Assembly: GCA_947311485.1 (NCBI GenBank)
Contig: CAMZLM010000019.1
Location: 1,303-65,302, forward strand
Length of the DNA: 64,000 nt
Source: an uncultured Rhodobacteraceae bacterium
Lineage (GTDB): Bacteria; Pseudomonadota; Alphaproteobacteria; Rhodobacterales; Rhodobacteraceae
Direction: 5' to 3'
Position numbers and translations under genes: made by a program. The notes under the pieces are model-generated. The model did not search any database. It was not told the DNA's origin and saw only the letters and a program-made list of their open reading frames with translations. Shown here piece by piece: positions 41,560 through 51,998 of the stretch; the stretch's first letter is position 1; each line of letters opens with the position of its first letter.

Positions 41560-43560
41560 TTATTCGAACTCCATGATGATTTCATCCACCGCAAGGCTGT
41601 CGCCCACCTTGCAGGTAATTTTCGACACGATGCCCTTTTTCTCGGCCCGCAACACATTTTCCATTTTCATGGCCTCGACCGTACACAGCGCCTGCCCGTC
41701 CTGCACTTCGTCGCCTTCGGCAACCTCGAGCGCGATAATCAGGCCCGGCATCGGACAAAGCAGCATTTTCGACGTGTCCGGCGGCAATTTTTCCAGCATC
41801 AACCCCGCCAGTTCGGCATTGCGCGGACTGCGCACCCGCACCTTCAGGTCCGCGCCGCGCGACCGCATCCGGTATCCCGCCGAAATCGGCTCTACCTTCA
41901 ACACCAGCGTTTCGCCGTCGACCTCCAGCGTGGCCAGCAAATCCCCGGGTGTCCAGTCTGATGCCACCCGATGCACCGTACCATCGGCAAAGGTCACGGT
42001 GGAGCCGTCCTTGTCCGCATCAATCGTCAACGGGAAATTCTGCCCTTGCAGGCTCACCACCCAATCACGCCCCACCTTGCGTTCGTGGTTGTCCATCCGC
42101 CCCGACACCCGCGCACGGCGGATTTCGGCAACGCGGTACATGGCCGCCGCAGAGGCCGCAATCCGTTTCAGGGCCGCAGTTGGCAGTTCAACACCATCAA
42201 ACCCGTCAGGGAATTCTTCCTCGATAAAAGCGGTGGTCATTTCACCGCTGGTGAATTTCTCATGGTCCATCACCGCGCTCAGGAACGGCAGGTTGTGGCC
42301 GATGCCCTCGACCTCGAACCCGTCCAGCGCGTTGCGCATCACCTCTATCGCCGCTTCGCGGGTTGGTGCCCAGGTACACAGCTTGGCAATCATCGGGTCG
42401 TAATACATCGAAATCTCGCCGCCCTCATACACGCCGGTGTCATTACGCACGACATATTCCGGCGTGGATTCCTCGACCGGCGGACGATAGCGCGACAGCC
42501 GGCCAATCGACGGCAGAAACCCGCGATACGGGTCTTCGGCATAGAGCCGGTTTTCAATCGCCCAACCGTTGATACCGATGTCATCCTGCGTCATCGCCAG
42601 TTTTTCACCATCCGCCACCCGGATCATCTGTTCCACCAGATCAATGCCGGTGATCAGCTCGGTCACCGGATGTTCCACCTGCAGGCGGGTATTCATTTCA
42701 AGGAAGTAAAAATTTCGCTCTCCGTCGACAATGAATTCCACCGTGCCCGCACTGCAATAATCCACCGCCTGCGCCAGCGCCACCGCCTGTTCGCCCATGG
42801 CCTTGCGCGTGGCCGGATTGAGGAAAGGCGACGGTGCCTCCTCCACTACTTTCTGATTGCGGCGCTGGATCGAACACTCGCGTTCGTTCAACCACAGGCA
42901 ATTGCCGTGTTTGTCGCCCAGCACCTGAATTTCGATGTGGCGCGGCTGGGTGATGAATTTCTCGATGAAAATCCGGTCATCCCCGAACGAAGACGCCGCT
43001 TCGCTCTTGGACAGCTTGAACCCTTCGCGGGCCTCGTCGTCATTCCAGGCCACACGCATGCCCTTGCCGCCCCCGCCGGCAGAGGCCTTGATCATCACTG
43101 GATAGCCGATCTGGGCGGAAATTTTCGCCGCCTCGTCCGCATCCGCAATCAGGCCCATGTAGCCGGGAACCGTGGTCACGCCGGCCTCTTGTGCCAATTT
43201 TTTCGAGGTGATTTTGTCGCCCATGGATTCAATCGCGCCCGCCGGTGGCCCGATAAAGGCCACGCCGGCGGCCTCCAGTGCTTCGGCAAACAAACGGTTT
43301 TCCGACAGAAAGCCATAGCCCGGATGCACGGCTTCTGCGCCGGTTTGTTTGACCGCATCCATGATTTTGTCGATCAAGATGTAGGATTGATTCGCCGGTG
43401 GCGGGCCAATATGCACCGCTTCATCCGCCATCCGCACATGCAGCGCGTTTTTATCAGCGTCAGAATAGACCGCAACGGTCTTGATGCCCATTTTCTGTGC
43501 CGATTTTATCACACGGCAGGCAATTTCACCGCGATTTGCGATCAGGATTTTCTTGAACAT
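41560..43560 (-). CDS. pccA: Propionyl-CoA carboxylase alpha subunit (biotin carboxylase + BCCP)
   Basis: KILIANRGEIA, HPGYGFLSEN, RLQVEHP, EAMKM biotin motif. Confidence 0.94.
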   Translation of the reverse strand: MFKKILIANRGEIACRVIKSAQKMGIKTVAVYSDADKNALHVRMADEAVHIGPPPANQSYILIDKIMDAVKQTGAEAVHPGYGFLSENRLFAEALEAAGVAFIGPPAGAIESMGDKITSKKLAQEAGVTTVPGYMGLIADADEAAKISAQIGYPVMIKASAGGGGKGMRVAWNDDEAREGFKLSKSEAASSFGDDRIFIEKFITQPRHIEIQVLGDKHGNCLWLNERECSIQRRNQKVVEEAPSPFLNPATRKAMGEQAVALAQAVDYCSAGTVEFIVDGERNFYFLEMNTRLQVEHPVTELITGIDLVEQMIRVADGEKLAMTQDDIGINGWAIENRLYAEDPYRGFLPSIGRLSRYRPPVEESTPEYVVRNDTGVYEGGEISMYYDPMIAKLCTWAPTREAAIEVMRNALDGFEVEGIGHNLPFLSAVMDHEKFTSGEMTTAFIEEEFPDGFDGVELPTAALKRIAASAAAMYRVAEIRRARVSGRMDNHERKVGRDWVVSLQGQNFPLTIDADKDGSTVTFADGTVHRVASDWTPGDLLATLEVDGETLVLKVEPISAGYRMRSRGADLKVRVRSPRNAELAGLMLEKLPPDTSKMLLCPMPGLIIALEVAEGDEVQDGQALCTVEAMKMENVLRAEKKGIVSKITCKVGDSLAVDEIIMEFE

Positions 43561-43564
43561 GCGC

Positions 43565-43741
43565 TCAGACCTTCTTTGAGAGTAAAGGGTGTATTTTCGG
43601 CATTTGCTTCAATTCAATGAAAGCCGGGAGGTGTTTTCTCCGCCCCAAGCCGCGATTTAGGGAGACACAAACATCACGCTTCAACGATCGTTCGGTCAAA
43701 TCAGTATATTTTGCCAAAGCACCAGCACGGGGCGGCAGCAT
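43565..43741 (-). CDS. Possible 58-aa small protein immediately upstream of pccA
   Basis: MLPPRAGALAKYTDLTERSLKRDV...PLLSKKV; stop 4 nt before the pccA ATG. Confidence 0.35.
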   Translation of the reverse strand: MLPPRAGALAKYTDLTERSLKRDVCVSLNRGLGRRKHLPAFIELKQMPKIHPLLSKKV

Positions 43742-43773
43742 GCCTGCTTGCACAAGCACCCGCCGCAACCACG

Positions 43774-43805
43774 AAAAAAGCCCCTTGTGCGATGGCACAG
43801 GGGGC
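43774..43805 (-). terminator. Intrinsic terminator after the glycine-zipper lipoprotein gene
   Basis: Minus strand GCCCCCTGTGC-CATC-GCACAAGGGGC-TTTTTT (one mismatch). Confidence 0.65.
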
Positions 43806-43865
43806 AAGTTTAGAGGGGAAATGAAAGGGGCAGTCGGCTCGGGGGAACCAATCGTCCCTGACTGT

Positions 43866-44060
43866 TCAGTATTTGCTGGTGAGAGCACCAACCGCGCCAC
43901 CGACAACAGCGCCTTTAATGGGGTTGCCGCTGACAATCGCCGCGCCAATAGCCCCAATGGTTGCGCCCGTTGCGGCGCGATTGGCTGTGCGGTTGTCGAA
44001 GCTGTCACAGGCCGCAAGGGCCAACAGAACAACACAGCCGGTAATGATTTTAACTCGCAT
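43866..44060 (-). CDS. 64-aa glycine-zipper lipoprotein
   Basis: MRVKIITGCVVLLALAAC lipobox, then GATIGAIGAAI..GAVVGGAVGAL. Confidence 0.75.
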   Translation of the reverse strand: MRVKIITGCVVLLALAACDSFDNRTANRAATGATIGAIGAAIVSGNPIKGAVVGGAVGALTSKY

Positions 44061-44208
44061 GATTTGCCTCTTGTTTGATGCAAGGACTGATTGTATCGCC
44101 CCCGCTTGGGCATACCGTAGCGCGCATTGAATCGCAGGCAAAGAGGCGCTGTCAAGCACAGGCCTCTTTGGGCAGAACCCTGCCAAAACCTTTGATTCAT
44201 AGGCAAAA

Positions 44209-44547
44209 TCACGCCGATTCATCCTCCGGCAGGTCGGTGATCACATCGGGAAAGGCAACCATGACCTTGGGCACGTCGATACGCAGCAATGCTTCGTAGT
44301 TTTCGGGATCGAATGGATCTTCGGCGGGGATGACCTCGCGGCCAAACAGCCAGCTCAGGCGGCCCGCATCCAGATTACCGCGTTCAAACGGTTCCTCGCC
44401 AAAATATTCCCACAGCGCCGTCATAAACGCCAGATCGGCGCGCCGGTCTACGGCCTTGCGGTCGGCATAACGTTCACGCGCCTTGAGCGGCGTTGCGCCT
44501 TTTTTGTTGGCACGTCGAATAACAAATTGAAAATCGGAACTGGGCAT
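44209..44547 (-). CDS. Hypothetical protein (~112 aa)
   Basis: ORF with typical codon usage; ...FERGNLDAGRLSWLFGREV... resembles a roseobacter pcc-cluster hypothetical as I recall it. Confidence 0.7.
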   Translation of the reverse strand: MPSSDFQFVIRRANKKGATPLKARERYADRKAVDRRADLAFMTALWEYFGEEPFERGNLDAGRLSWLFGREVIPAEDPFDPENYEALLRIDVPKVMVAFPDVITDLPEDESA

Positions 44548-44643
44548 ACGTCCGGGAAACCCGCGATGCTTGATCATAACGCCACCCCCGTTCCAAGGTG
44601 TGGAGTCTGCGAGGCGCGCAGAACGCGCCTCGCAAGGGTATTA

Positions 44644-44766
44644 TTAGCCCAGTTTGGAAGAAGTCGGCTCTGGCATGATTGGTGCTGGAGCTGGCTCTTC
44701 TTGTTGTGCGCAAGCTGCAACAGCGAGAGCAACGAGAACGAGGGCAGTCGTGATTTTGAAGGACAT
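44644..44766 (-). CDS. 40-aa lipoprotein MSFKITTALVLVALAVAACAQQEEPAPAPIMPEPTSSKLG
   Basis: Translated by hand (below the ORF-track cutoff). Basic N-terminus, hydrophobic core, VAAC lipobox; AGGA-like RBS upstream. Confidence 0.75.
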   Translation of the reverse strand: MSFKITTALVLVALAVAACAQQEEPAPAPIMPEPTSSKLG

Positions 44767-44980
44767 GTTAAATTCCTAGTCTTTGGTTTGTCTTGGATTT
44801 TACTTGCGTAAAACGAGGATTCAGTCACAAAAATGCAACCTGACTGGACGCTAGCAGAGATTCGCAAAAATTCATACCGTTGCCGTGGCCGCAGCCGTAG
44901 AAAAGTGGCGAAAACCCGCAGATTAGGTGCATTTACACCACAATTTTGCGTGCAGAGCCTTGAAAATAAGGTGGACGGGG

Positions 44981-45376
44981 CTAATGCCATACGCATTCTC
45001 CTGATACAATTTCGTAAAACCCCATGAACTGGGCGACCTCCGGGTCGACTTCGCCGTATGCCAGAGGCTGGTCGGCAATGCGAATGGAAACTTCACCGAT
45101 TGGAATGCCTTGACGCCCCTGAACAGCGGCTTCGGGCAGAGCCAGATCCCGACACAACGCATCCATATCCTCGGCTGCCGCATCATATCCCTGCGGGTCC
45201 AGCGTTTTCGCCAAGACCCCGACAAACAACAAATTTTGATCCGACGGTTGCGTCACCACCTCAAAGGAATACAGCTCGAGCACCTGCCCCGACGGCACGG
45301 ATATTTCCGCCAGCGCGGGCTGGGCAAGCAACAGGGATATCAGAACAGCAGGCAGTTTCACGGTTTTTCCTTTCAC
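44981..45376 (-). CDS. Exported hypothetical protein (DUF6497-like)
   Basis: Signal peptide ..ALA|E, VPSGQ, MDALC..LALP, QFMGFY.I..G.C.W. Confidence 0.65.
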   Translation of the reverse strand: MKGKTVKLPAVLISLLLAQPALAEISVPSGQVLELYSFEVVTQPSDQNLLFVGVLAKTLDPQGYDAAAEDMDALCRDLALPEAAVQGRQGIPIGEVSIRIADQPLAYGEVDPEVAQFMGFYEIVSGECVWH

Positions 45377-45388
45377 AGGGACACCCCC

Positions 45389-46921
45389 TTACAGCGGAAT
45401 ATTGTCGTGTTTCTTCCACGGATTTTCGAGCTTCTTGCCGCGCAACGACGCAAAGGCACGACACACCCTTACGCGGGTATTTTTCGGCATGATAACCTCG
45501 TCAATAAACCCGCGTTCGGCGGCCACAAACGGGTTGGCGAAACGCTTTTCATAATCGGCCACCCGTTCGGCGATTTTTTCCGGGTCGCCCAATTCGGAGC
45601 GATACAGGATTTCCACCGCGCCCTTGGCCCCCATCACCGCGATTTCCGCAGTGGGCCAGGCATAGTTGAAATCCCCGCGCAGGTGTTTAGAGGACATCAC
45701 ATCATACGCCCCGCCATAGGCCTTGCGGGTGATTACCGTCACCTTTGGCACCGTGGCCTCGCCATAGGCGAACAGCAGCTTGGCCCCGTGTTTGATCACA
45801 CCGCCGTATTCCTGCGATGTTCCGGGCAAAAAGCCGGGCACATCCACCAGCGTCAGGATCGGGATTTCAAAGGCATCACAAAACCGCACAAACCGCGCGG
45901 CCTTGCGCGAGCTGTCAATGTCCAGACAGCCGGCAAGCACCATCGGCTGGTTGGCAACAACGCCCACGGTCGATCCCTCCATCCGGACAAAGCCGGTCAG
46001 GATATTCTTGGCGTAATCCGCCTGAATTTCATAAAAGTCACCCTCGTCCGCCAGCTTGGTAATCAGCTCTTTCATATCGTAAGGCGTGTTCGGGTTTTCC
46101 GGCACCAGCGAATCCAGCGAGGATTCAGCGCGGGACACTTCGTCAAAGAACGGCCGTACCGGTGGTTTCTCGCGGTTGTTCAGCGGCAGGAAATCCACCA
46201 GACGGCGCACTTCCATCAGGGCTTCCATGTCGTTTTCAAACGCCGCATCGGCCACAGAGGACTTCGACGTGTGGGTTTTCGCCCCGCCCAGTTCCTCGGC
46301 GGTGACCTGTTCGTTGGTCACGGTTTTCACCACATCAGGCCCCGTAACAAACATGTAGGAACTGTCGCGCACCATAAAGATAAAGTCGGTCATCGCAGGG
46401 GAATACACCGCCCCGCCGGCACAGGGCCCCATGATCACGGAAATCTGCGGCACCACGCCCGAGGCCAGCACATTATTCTGGAACACATCCGCATAACCGG
46501 CCAGCGACGCAACGCCCTCTTGTATCCGCGCGCCGCCGGAATCGCTGATGCCAATGATCGGCGCGCCGTTGCGTACGGCCATTTTCTGCACCTTGCATAT
46601 CTTTTCCGCGTGGGTTTCAGACAGTGATCCGCCAAACACGGTAAAATCCTGACTATAGACATAAACCATGCGCCCGTTGATTGTCCCCCAACCGGTGACC
46701 ACCCCGTCACCCGGATGCTGGTTTTTCTCCATGCCGAATTCGGTACAGCGATGCGCCTTGAACATGTCGAACTCTTCAAAGCTGCCTTCATCCAGCAACA
46801 CCTCGATCCGCTCGCGGGCCGTCAGCTTGCCTTTGGCATGCTGGCTGTCGATACGGCGTTGGCCACCGCCCAGACGAGCAACATCGCGTCGGGCTTCCAG
46901 CTCCTGAAGAATGGTTTGCAT
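45389..46921 (-). CDS. pccB: Propionyl-CoA carboxylase beta subunit (carboxyltransferase)
   Basis: [43 protein letters not shown]. Confidence 0.95.
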   Translation of the reverse strand: MQTILQELEARRDVARLGGGQRRIDSQHAKGKLTARERIEVLLDEGSFEEFDMFKAHRCTEFGMEKNQHPGDGVVTGWGTINGRMVYVYSQDFTVFGGSLSETHAEKICKVQKMAVRNGAPIIGISDSGGARIQEGVASLAGYADVFQNNVLASGVVPQISVIMGPCAGGAVYSPAMTDFIFMVRDSSYMFVTGPDVVKTVTNEQVTAEELGGAKTHTSKSSVADAAFENDMEALMEVRRLVDFLPLNNREKPPVRPFFDEVSRAESSLDSLVPENPNTPYDMKELITKLADEGDFYEIQADYAKNILTGFVRMEGSTVGVVANQPMVLAGCLDIDSSRKAARFVRFCDAFEIPILTLVDVPGFLPGTSQEYGGVIKHGAKLLFAYGEATVPKVTVITRKAYGGAYDVMSSKHLRGDFNYAWPTAEIAVMGAKGAVEILYRSELGDPEKIAERVADYEKRFANPFVAAERGFIDEVIMPKNTRVRVCRAFASLRGKKLENPWKKHDNIPL

Positions 46922-46996
46922 GGGCTGTGCTCCTTTGTTCGACCCCGAATTTGAACCAGACTACCGCGCCAGCGCCTCGGGATACAGGGGAATCTG

Positions 46997-47050
46997 GAAT
47001 ATTTGCAAACTATAGCTGTGTATACTTTTGAATATTGAATATTTGCAAAC
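46997..47050. promoter_or_regulatory. Two TTTGCAAA palindromes upstream of pccB (candidate PccR/ScfR-family operator boxes)
   Basis: TTTGCAAA at 47002-47009 and 47042-47049, each inside a 14-bp direct repeat GAATATTTGCAAAC. Confidence 0.6.
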
Positions 47051-47415
47051 CCCTCCTGCGCCACAGGCGGCTTGATCTCTTCAATCTGCACAGGCACAAA
47101 ATCTATGCCATCTAAACTGGGTAAAACCAACTTGCCCATCCGCGCCATGCGTCGCCAGTCTGAAACGCTGCTGGGTATTACCCCATATCGCTTGGCCACC
47201 GCATTTACGGTTGCACCCTCGATCAGCGTTTCCGTTACAATCCGCGCCTTCAGTTCAAGAGGCCAGCGCCGCTTGCCGTCTGAACCGCGTGGGGTTTTGG
47301 TGAGAAACTCATTCGTAGCTTCCATATAGAAACACCCTTCAAATCTATGAAGGGACTGAATCGCATATCAGCACGCTGAAAGGTATGTGAAATTGCCGCA
47401 CCGCTAACGGTGATC
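47051..47415 (-). mobile_element. IS66-family remnant: truncated tnpA (OrfA) with its upstream leader; tnpB and tnpC absent
   Basis: ATG 47325 gives ..GKRRWPLELKARIVTETLIEGATVNAVAKRYGV..SS..DWRR..GKL.LP..FVPV. Homology stops near 47051; no transposase follows. Confidence 0.8.
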
Positions 47416-47418
47416 CCC

Positions 47419-47443
47419 GTAGGGTGTGCGTTCTGCGCACACC
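47419..47443 (+). repeat. GTAG-headed palindrome (REP-like) or terminator
   Basis: GTAG-GGTGTGCG-TTCTG-CGCACACC; single copy in this window. Confidence 0.4.
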
Positions 47444-47445
47444 TT

Positions 47446-48260
47446 TTACTGACAGTGCAAGGCCCGTTTCACCGACGCTGGCCCCCTATAGCGGCCCAGT
47501 CCGGTCTTGCTCAACTTATCCACCGTCAACCGCACCGCCAACACGTCGCGCCAGCCGGCATCCACCATCACCATTTCCGGCCCCGCTCCACAGTCGCGCA
47601 CACCGCCGGTAATGATTTCGTCGCCAATGTTATGGTTGCTCACACCAGGCAGCTTGGCAATTTCCTGCAACTTGCCATCCTTCAGGCTCCAGACCCGCAA
47701 GGTTTTCGCCAGATGCGGCCGATCCACATAGGCAAAATCCATCGCCCCGTCGCCATTGAAATCCGCCACCCCGACCGGTGCCAGCCAGCGATATGCCGTG
47801 CCAATATGGGGCGTCGCGGCCAGCAGGGTCATTTTGCCTTCGCCCTGATCCACCGCATAAATGGACAGACGCGCCCCACGCCGAATATCCGTTTCCACGA
47901 CCACGATCTCCGGGTTGCCATCCCCGTCCACGTCCACCAGACGCGGGGTGATATCCTCGAATATCCGATTATCCGGCAGGGTATATTCCGCAAACACATA
48001 CGGCCCGTGACGGGGGCTACCCTGCACCAGAAATTGCAGTGTCCCCCATTCAGGGGTATCGCCCAAAATACCATGGCCATAGCGTTTTACCGGATTGGCC
48101 AACAGGGCATGAAAACCCGGACGTAAAGAACCATCGGCATCCACACCACCGGTGCGACAGCCAATCGGTGCGTCCACCGGATACCAGCAATCCGCCGTTT
48201 CTGCCGCCAAAGCCCCTTGCCCCAGCAACAGCACCGCCAGAAGGCTGGCAATCCGTTTCA

Positions 48261-48261
<1 letters not shown>
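47446..48261 (-). CDS. Exported FG-GAP/VCBS-repeat protein
   Basis: Signal peptide; DVDGDGNPEIVVV and ADFNGDGAMDFA repeats. Confidence 0.85.
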
Positions 48262-48602
<341 letters not shown>

Positions 48603-48793
48603 TCATTATCTGCGGCTTGTTTAATACGGCTTTTATCCTTGCGCTACGGTTTTTTCAAAAACCTTGGCTGGCTTGGCAGAAGCGGCAGCGTGCTCTATAT
48701 TTATTCCCATGCCGGAACCACGCCTCCCCCCGCAAACAAATCCCTTTAAATAAAGGCCGCAAGCGGTTACATTGGCCAAAACAAGAGGCCAGA

Positions 48794-49354
48794 ATGGCAC
48801 CGAGCAGGCACAGATTTATCTCTACCCTCTGCGCAATTTGCGTGGTTCCGTCTTTTTTGGCGGCGGGAACGGTTGTGTCTGTTTTAAGCGATCCGGATAA
48901 TCCCGGCCTGCCCAAAGATGCCCCGCGCGACAGTTGTTTTGCCCATGAAATCGAACCCGCCGTGATCGAGATCGTCACCGAACGCACACCGTTACTGCCG
49001 GAACGGCGGGCCGTGAACATCCAGACCGGTGAAACCACGATCCTGCAAGAGGCCACGTTTGATACCAAGATAATGCCGCGCATTATTACCGAACGCAAAG
49101 AGGTCTGGTTTGAAACCATTTGCCCGCACCTGTATTCCGAACGGTTTGTGCGCAGCCTGCAACGGGCGCTACGGGCGCGGGGGTATTATTCCGGTAAGTA
49201 TAGCGGAGTGCTGGACGCGCAAACCAAACTGGCAGTAAAGCTGTACCAGCGGACAAAATCCTTGAACTCGGAGATTTTGGCGCTGAGCACGGTCGAGGAA
49301 TTCGGCCTGATCCCGCATCGTGATTTCAAAAAAGCGCGCCGTAAAGACAAATAA
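48794..49354 (+). CDS. Peptidoglycan-binding domain protein
   Basis: C-terminal LQRALRARGYY.G...GVLD..T..AV..YQ motif. Confidence 0.75.
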   Translation: MAPSRHRFISTLCAICVVPSFLAAGTVVSVLSDPDNPGLPKDAPRDSCFAHEIEPAVIEIVTERTPLLPERRAVNIQTGETTILQEATFDTKIMPRIITERKEVWFETICPHLYSERFVRSLQRALRARGYYSGKYSGVLDAQTKLAVKLYQRTKSLNSEILALSTVEEFGLIPHRDFKKARRKDK

Positions 49355-49378
49355 AGCGGCCCCCGCAAGGGCCGCTTT
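49353..49378. terminator. Bidirectional terminator hairpin between convergent genes
   Basis: AAAGCGGCCC-CCGCAA-GGGCCGCTTT, perfect 10-bp stem. Confidence 0.75.
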
Positions 49379-49398
49379 GGATTTGAAAATATGTCTGT

Positions 49399-50865
49399 CT
49401 ATTTGTCCAGAGACAGGGCCACAAACCGTGGGTCCCCCCCGCGACGCACCAGCAACAGAACCGATTTACGCCCTGCTTCACGCGCGGCGTTAAAGGCCTC
49501 GCTCACGTCTTTGGGGCTGGAAACCGGCTTTTGCCCGACTTCGGCAATCACATCACCCGAGCGCAGGCCCTTTTCAAAAGCGTTACTGGTTTCATCCACA
49601 GCCACAACAGCCACACCATTTGCGTCTTTGTCCAGACCAAGGCTATCACGAATGTCATCGGTCAGCCGGGTCATTTTCAGGCCCATGGCTTCGGCTTCTT
49701 TGGTGTCAGGCTTGGCAGAGGCCGGCACCACAGCAGGACGCTCGGCATCTTCGCGACGGCCCAATACCACCTTGAGGGTTTTGGTTTGGCCATCCCGCAG
49801 AACTACGACACGTACGGTTTTACCAACTTCGGCAGCGCCAACAGCGCGCACCAAACCGCGGGTGTTTTTGACATCTTTACCGTCAAAGCTCAGGATCACG
49901 TCACCCGATTTGATGCCGGCCTTTGCTGCAGGTCCGTCGGGAACATCGCTCACCAATGCACCGGCGACCTTGTCCAGTCCCATGGCTTCGGCAAGACCTT
50001 TGTCCACTTCCTGAATGCGCACACCGAGCCAACCGCGCCGTGTTTCGCCAAATTCCTGCAACTGGTCAACAACTCTGGAAACCACATTGGACGACATGGA
50101 AAAGCCAAGGCCGATTGACCCACCCGTCGGGGAAATAATCGCCGTGTTCACGCCGATAACCTCGCCGTCCATGTTGAACAGCGGACCACCGGAGTTACCC
50201 TTGTTGATCGCCGCATCGGTTTGGATAAAGTCATCATAGGAGCCGCGCAAAGACCGGTTGCGGGCGGAAATAATCCCGGCGGACACAGAGAACCCCTGCC
50301 CCAGCGGATTACCCACAGCCATCACCCAGTCACCCACACGGGCGACATCGCTGTTGCCAAAGGAAACGAATGGCAAAGGCTTGTCGGCCTCGACCTTCAA
50401 CAGGGCGATATCGGTTTTTTTATCGCGGCCGATCAATTTGGCCTCGAGCTTGCCGCCTTCGAACAATTCGATCACGATTTCATCGGCCCCGTCAATCACA
50501 TGATTGTTGGTGACAATAAAACCATCCGCAGAAATGATAAAACCGGACCCCAGCGCAGTTGCTTTGCGCGGGCGGGATTGGCCTTGGCCTTCGTCCAGAA
50601 AATCCCGAAAGAAATCCTCGAACGGGGATCCTTGGGGAACCTGTGGGCGAATGCCATTGTTACGGCCAGCAACAACCGTGGTTGTGGTGATATTCACCAC
50701 AGCCGGGCTGGCGCGTTCGGCCAGATCGGCAAAACTGTCAGGTGCGCCGCGCGCCACCGACACCGATGCCTGAGTGAAAATAAATGCCAGCGTCATCAAT
50801 GCGCCAAGCGCATAAGGCAAGGCCCGCTCTGAACGCAAAATGCGGCTCGGATTGATTAACTTCAA
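49399..50865 (-). CDS. Do/DegQ-family periplasmic serine protease with two PDZ domains
   Basis: GSGFII, TNNHV, DIALL, INKGNSGGPL catalytic triad motifs. Confidence 0.93.
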   Translation of the reverse strand: MKLINPSRILRSERALPYALGALMTLAFIFTQASVSVARGAPDSFADLAERASPAVVNITTTTVVAGRNNGIRPQVPQGSPFEDFFRDFLDEGQGQSRPRKATALGSGFIISADGFIVTNNHVIDGADEIVIELFEGGKLEAKLIGRDKKTDIALLKVEADKPLPFVSFGNSDVARVGDWVMAVGNPLGQGFSVSAGIISARNRSLRGSYDDFIQTDAAINKGNSGGPLFNMDGEVIGVNTAIISPTGGSIGLGFSMSSNVVSRVVDQLQEFGETRRGWLGVRIQEVDKGLAEAMGLDKVAGALVSDVPDGPAAKAGIKSGDVILSFDGKDVKNTRGLVRAVGAAEVGKTVRVVVLRDGQTKTLKVVLGRREDAERPAVVPASAKPDTKEAEAMGLKMTRLTDDIRDSLGLDKDANGVAVVAVDETSNAFEKGLRSGDVIAEVGQKPVSSPKDVSEAFNAAREAGRKSVLLLVRRGGDPRFVALSLDK

Positions 50866-51081
50866 GATTTCGTCTCCTTAATTTCAACGATGAATATCTG
50901 TGTGCCGTATGCCAGCACTACCCTATGTATTTTGTATCATTATCACCGCATTCAAGGTTAAACATCTGAAATGATAATGAACATTCTGTGAATGCGCCGT
51001 GATTACCGGTGGTTGTTTCAGAATTTATGCCAAATTATGTTTAAACTTTATCAAAGAACACGGAATTTCACAATCCCGCAC

Positions 51082-51110
51082 AAAAAAAGGCCGGCAGTTT
51101 TGCCGGCCTT
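51082..51110 (-). terminator. Intrinsic terminator after hflC
   Basis: AAGGCCGGCA-AAAC-TGCCGGCCTT followed by a T-run on the minus strand. Confidence 0.75.
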
Positions 51111-51128
51111 GGTTTTATTCAAGCAAGA

Positions 51129-51998
51129 TTATTTACCGTCAGCGGATTTCAGATAGTTGAAAAACTCGCTGTCTGGCGAAATAACCATGGTGGAATTATT
51201 GCCCTGAAGCGCCCCCTCATAAGCCGATAGCGACCGGTAAAAGGCAAAGAATTCAGGGTCACGCCCATAGGCTTCTGCGAAAATCGCATTCCGTTTGGCG
51301 TCGGCCTCACCCCGCACGATATCCGCATTTTTTTGCGCCTCGGAGGTGGTTTCAATCACCGTACGATCCGCCTGCGCCCGAACCCGCTGCGCGGCTTCTT
51401 TACCACGGGCGATTTCGTCGGCAGCTTCGCGGTTCCGTTCGGCGCGCATCCGGTCAAACGTGGCCGCAAGGTTTTGTTGCGGCAAGTCGGCACGTTTGAT
51501 CCGTACGTCAATCAGGTCCACGCCCAGATCAGATGCCTGCAAACGCGATTTATCGCGGATCTGGTTCATCAGCGCCACACGGTCGGCAGAAAGGATCGCC
51601 CCCGATGTCACCCCGCCCAGCACTTCGCGCAGGTTGGCATTCAGGATTTTGCCCAGACGGTCACGCGCGGTGTTGACACCACCCGCCCCAACCGCACGAC
51701 GAAATGTTTTCGGATCGGCAATACGCCAGCGCGCAAACGCATCCACAACCAAGCGCCGGTCATCCAGCGGCGTTACCTCGGCAGGATGGCTGTCGAGCGC
51801 CAGAATACGGTCGTCATATTTAACGATTTCATGCAGCATCGGCACCTTGAAATACAGGCCCGGATCGCTGATTTCAGCCGTAACCTCGCCAAACCACAGG
51901 CGCAGGGCCTTTTCGCGCTCATCCACGATATAAACCGAGGACGCCACCGCAATCAGCACCACAAACAGCACCGGCAGGATCATTTGTATCCGTTTCAT
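51129..51998 (-). CDS. hflC: FtsH modulator HflC
   Basis: SPFH domain; RMRAER, YGRDPEFFAFYRSL. Confidence 0.93.
   Translation of the reverse strand: MKRIQMILPVLFVVLIAVASSVYIVDEREKALRLWFGEVTAEISDPGLYFKVPMLHEIVKYDDRILALDSHPAEVTPLDDRRLVVDAFARWRIADPKTFRRAVGAGGVNTARDRLGKILNANLREVLGGVTSGAILSADRVALMNQIRDKSRLQASDLGVDLIDVRIKRADLPQQNLAATFDRMRAERNREAADEIARGKEAAQRVRAQADRTVIETTSEAQKNADIVRGEADAKRNAIFAEAYGRDPEFFAFYRSLSAYEGALQGNNSTMVISPDSEFFNYLKSADGK

Noticed and set aside
46822-47050. C-terminal extension of the IS66 tnpA ORF into pccB
   Set aside because: Read-through of the truncated frame across the operator region; not transposase-like.
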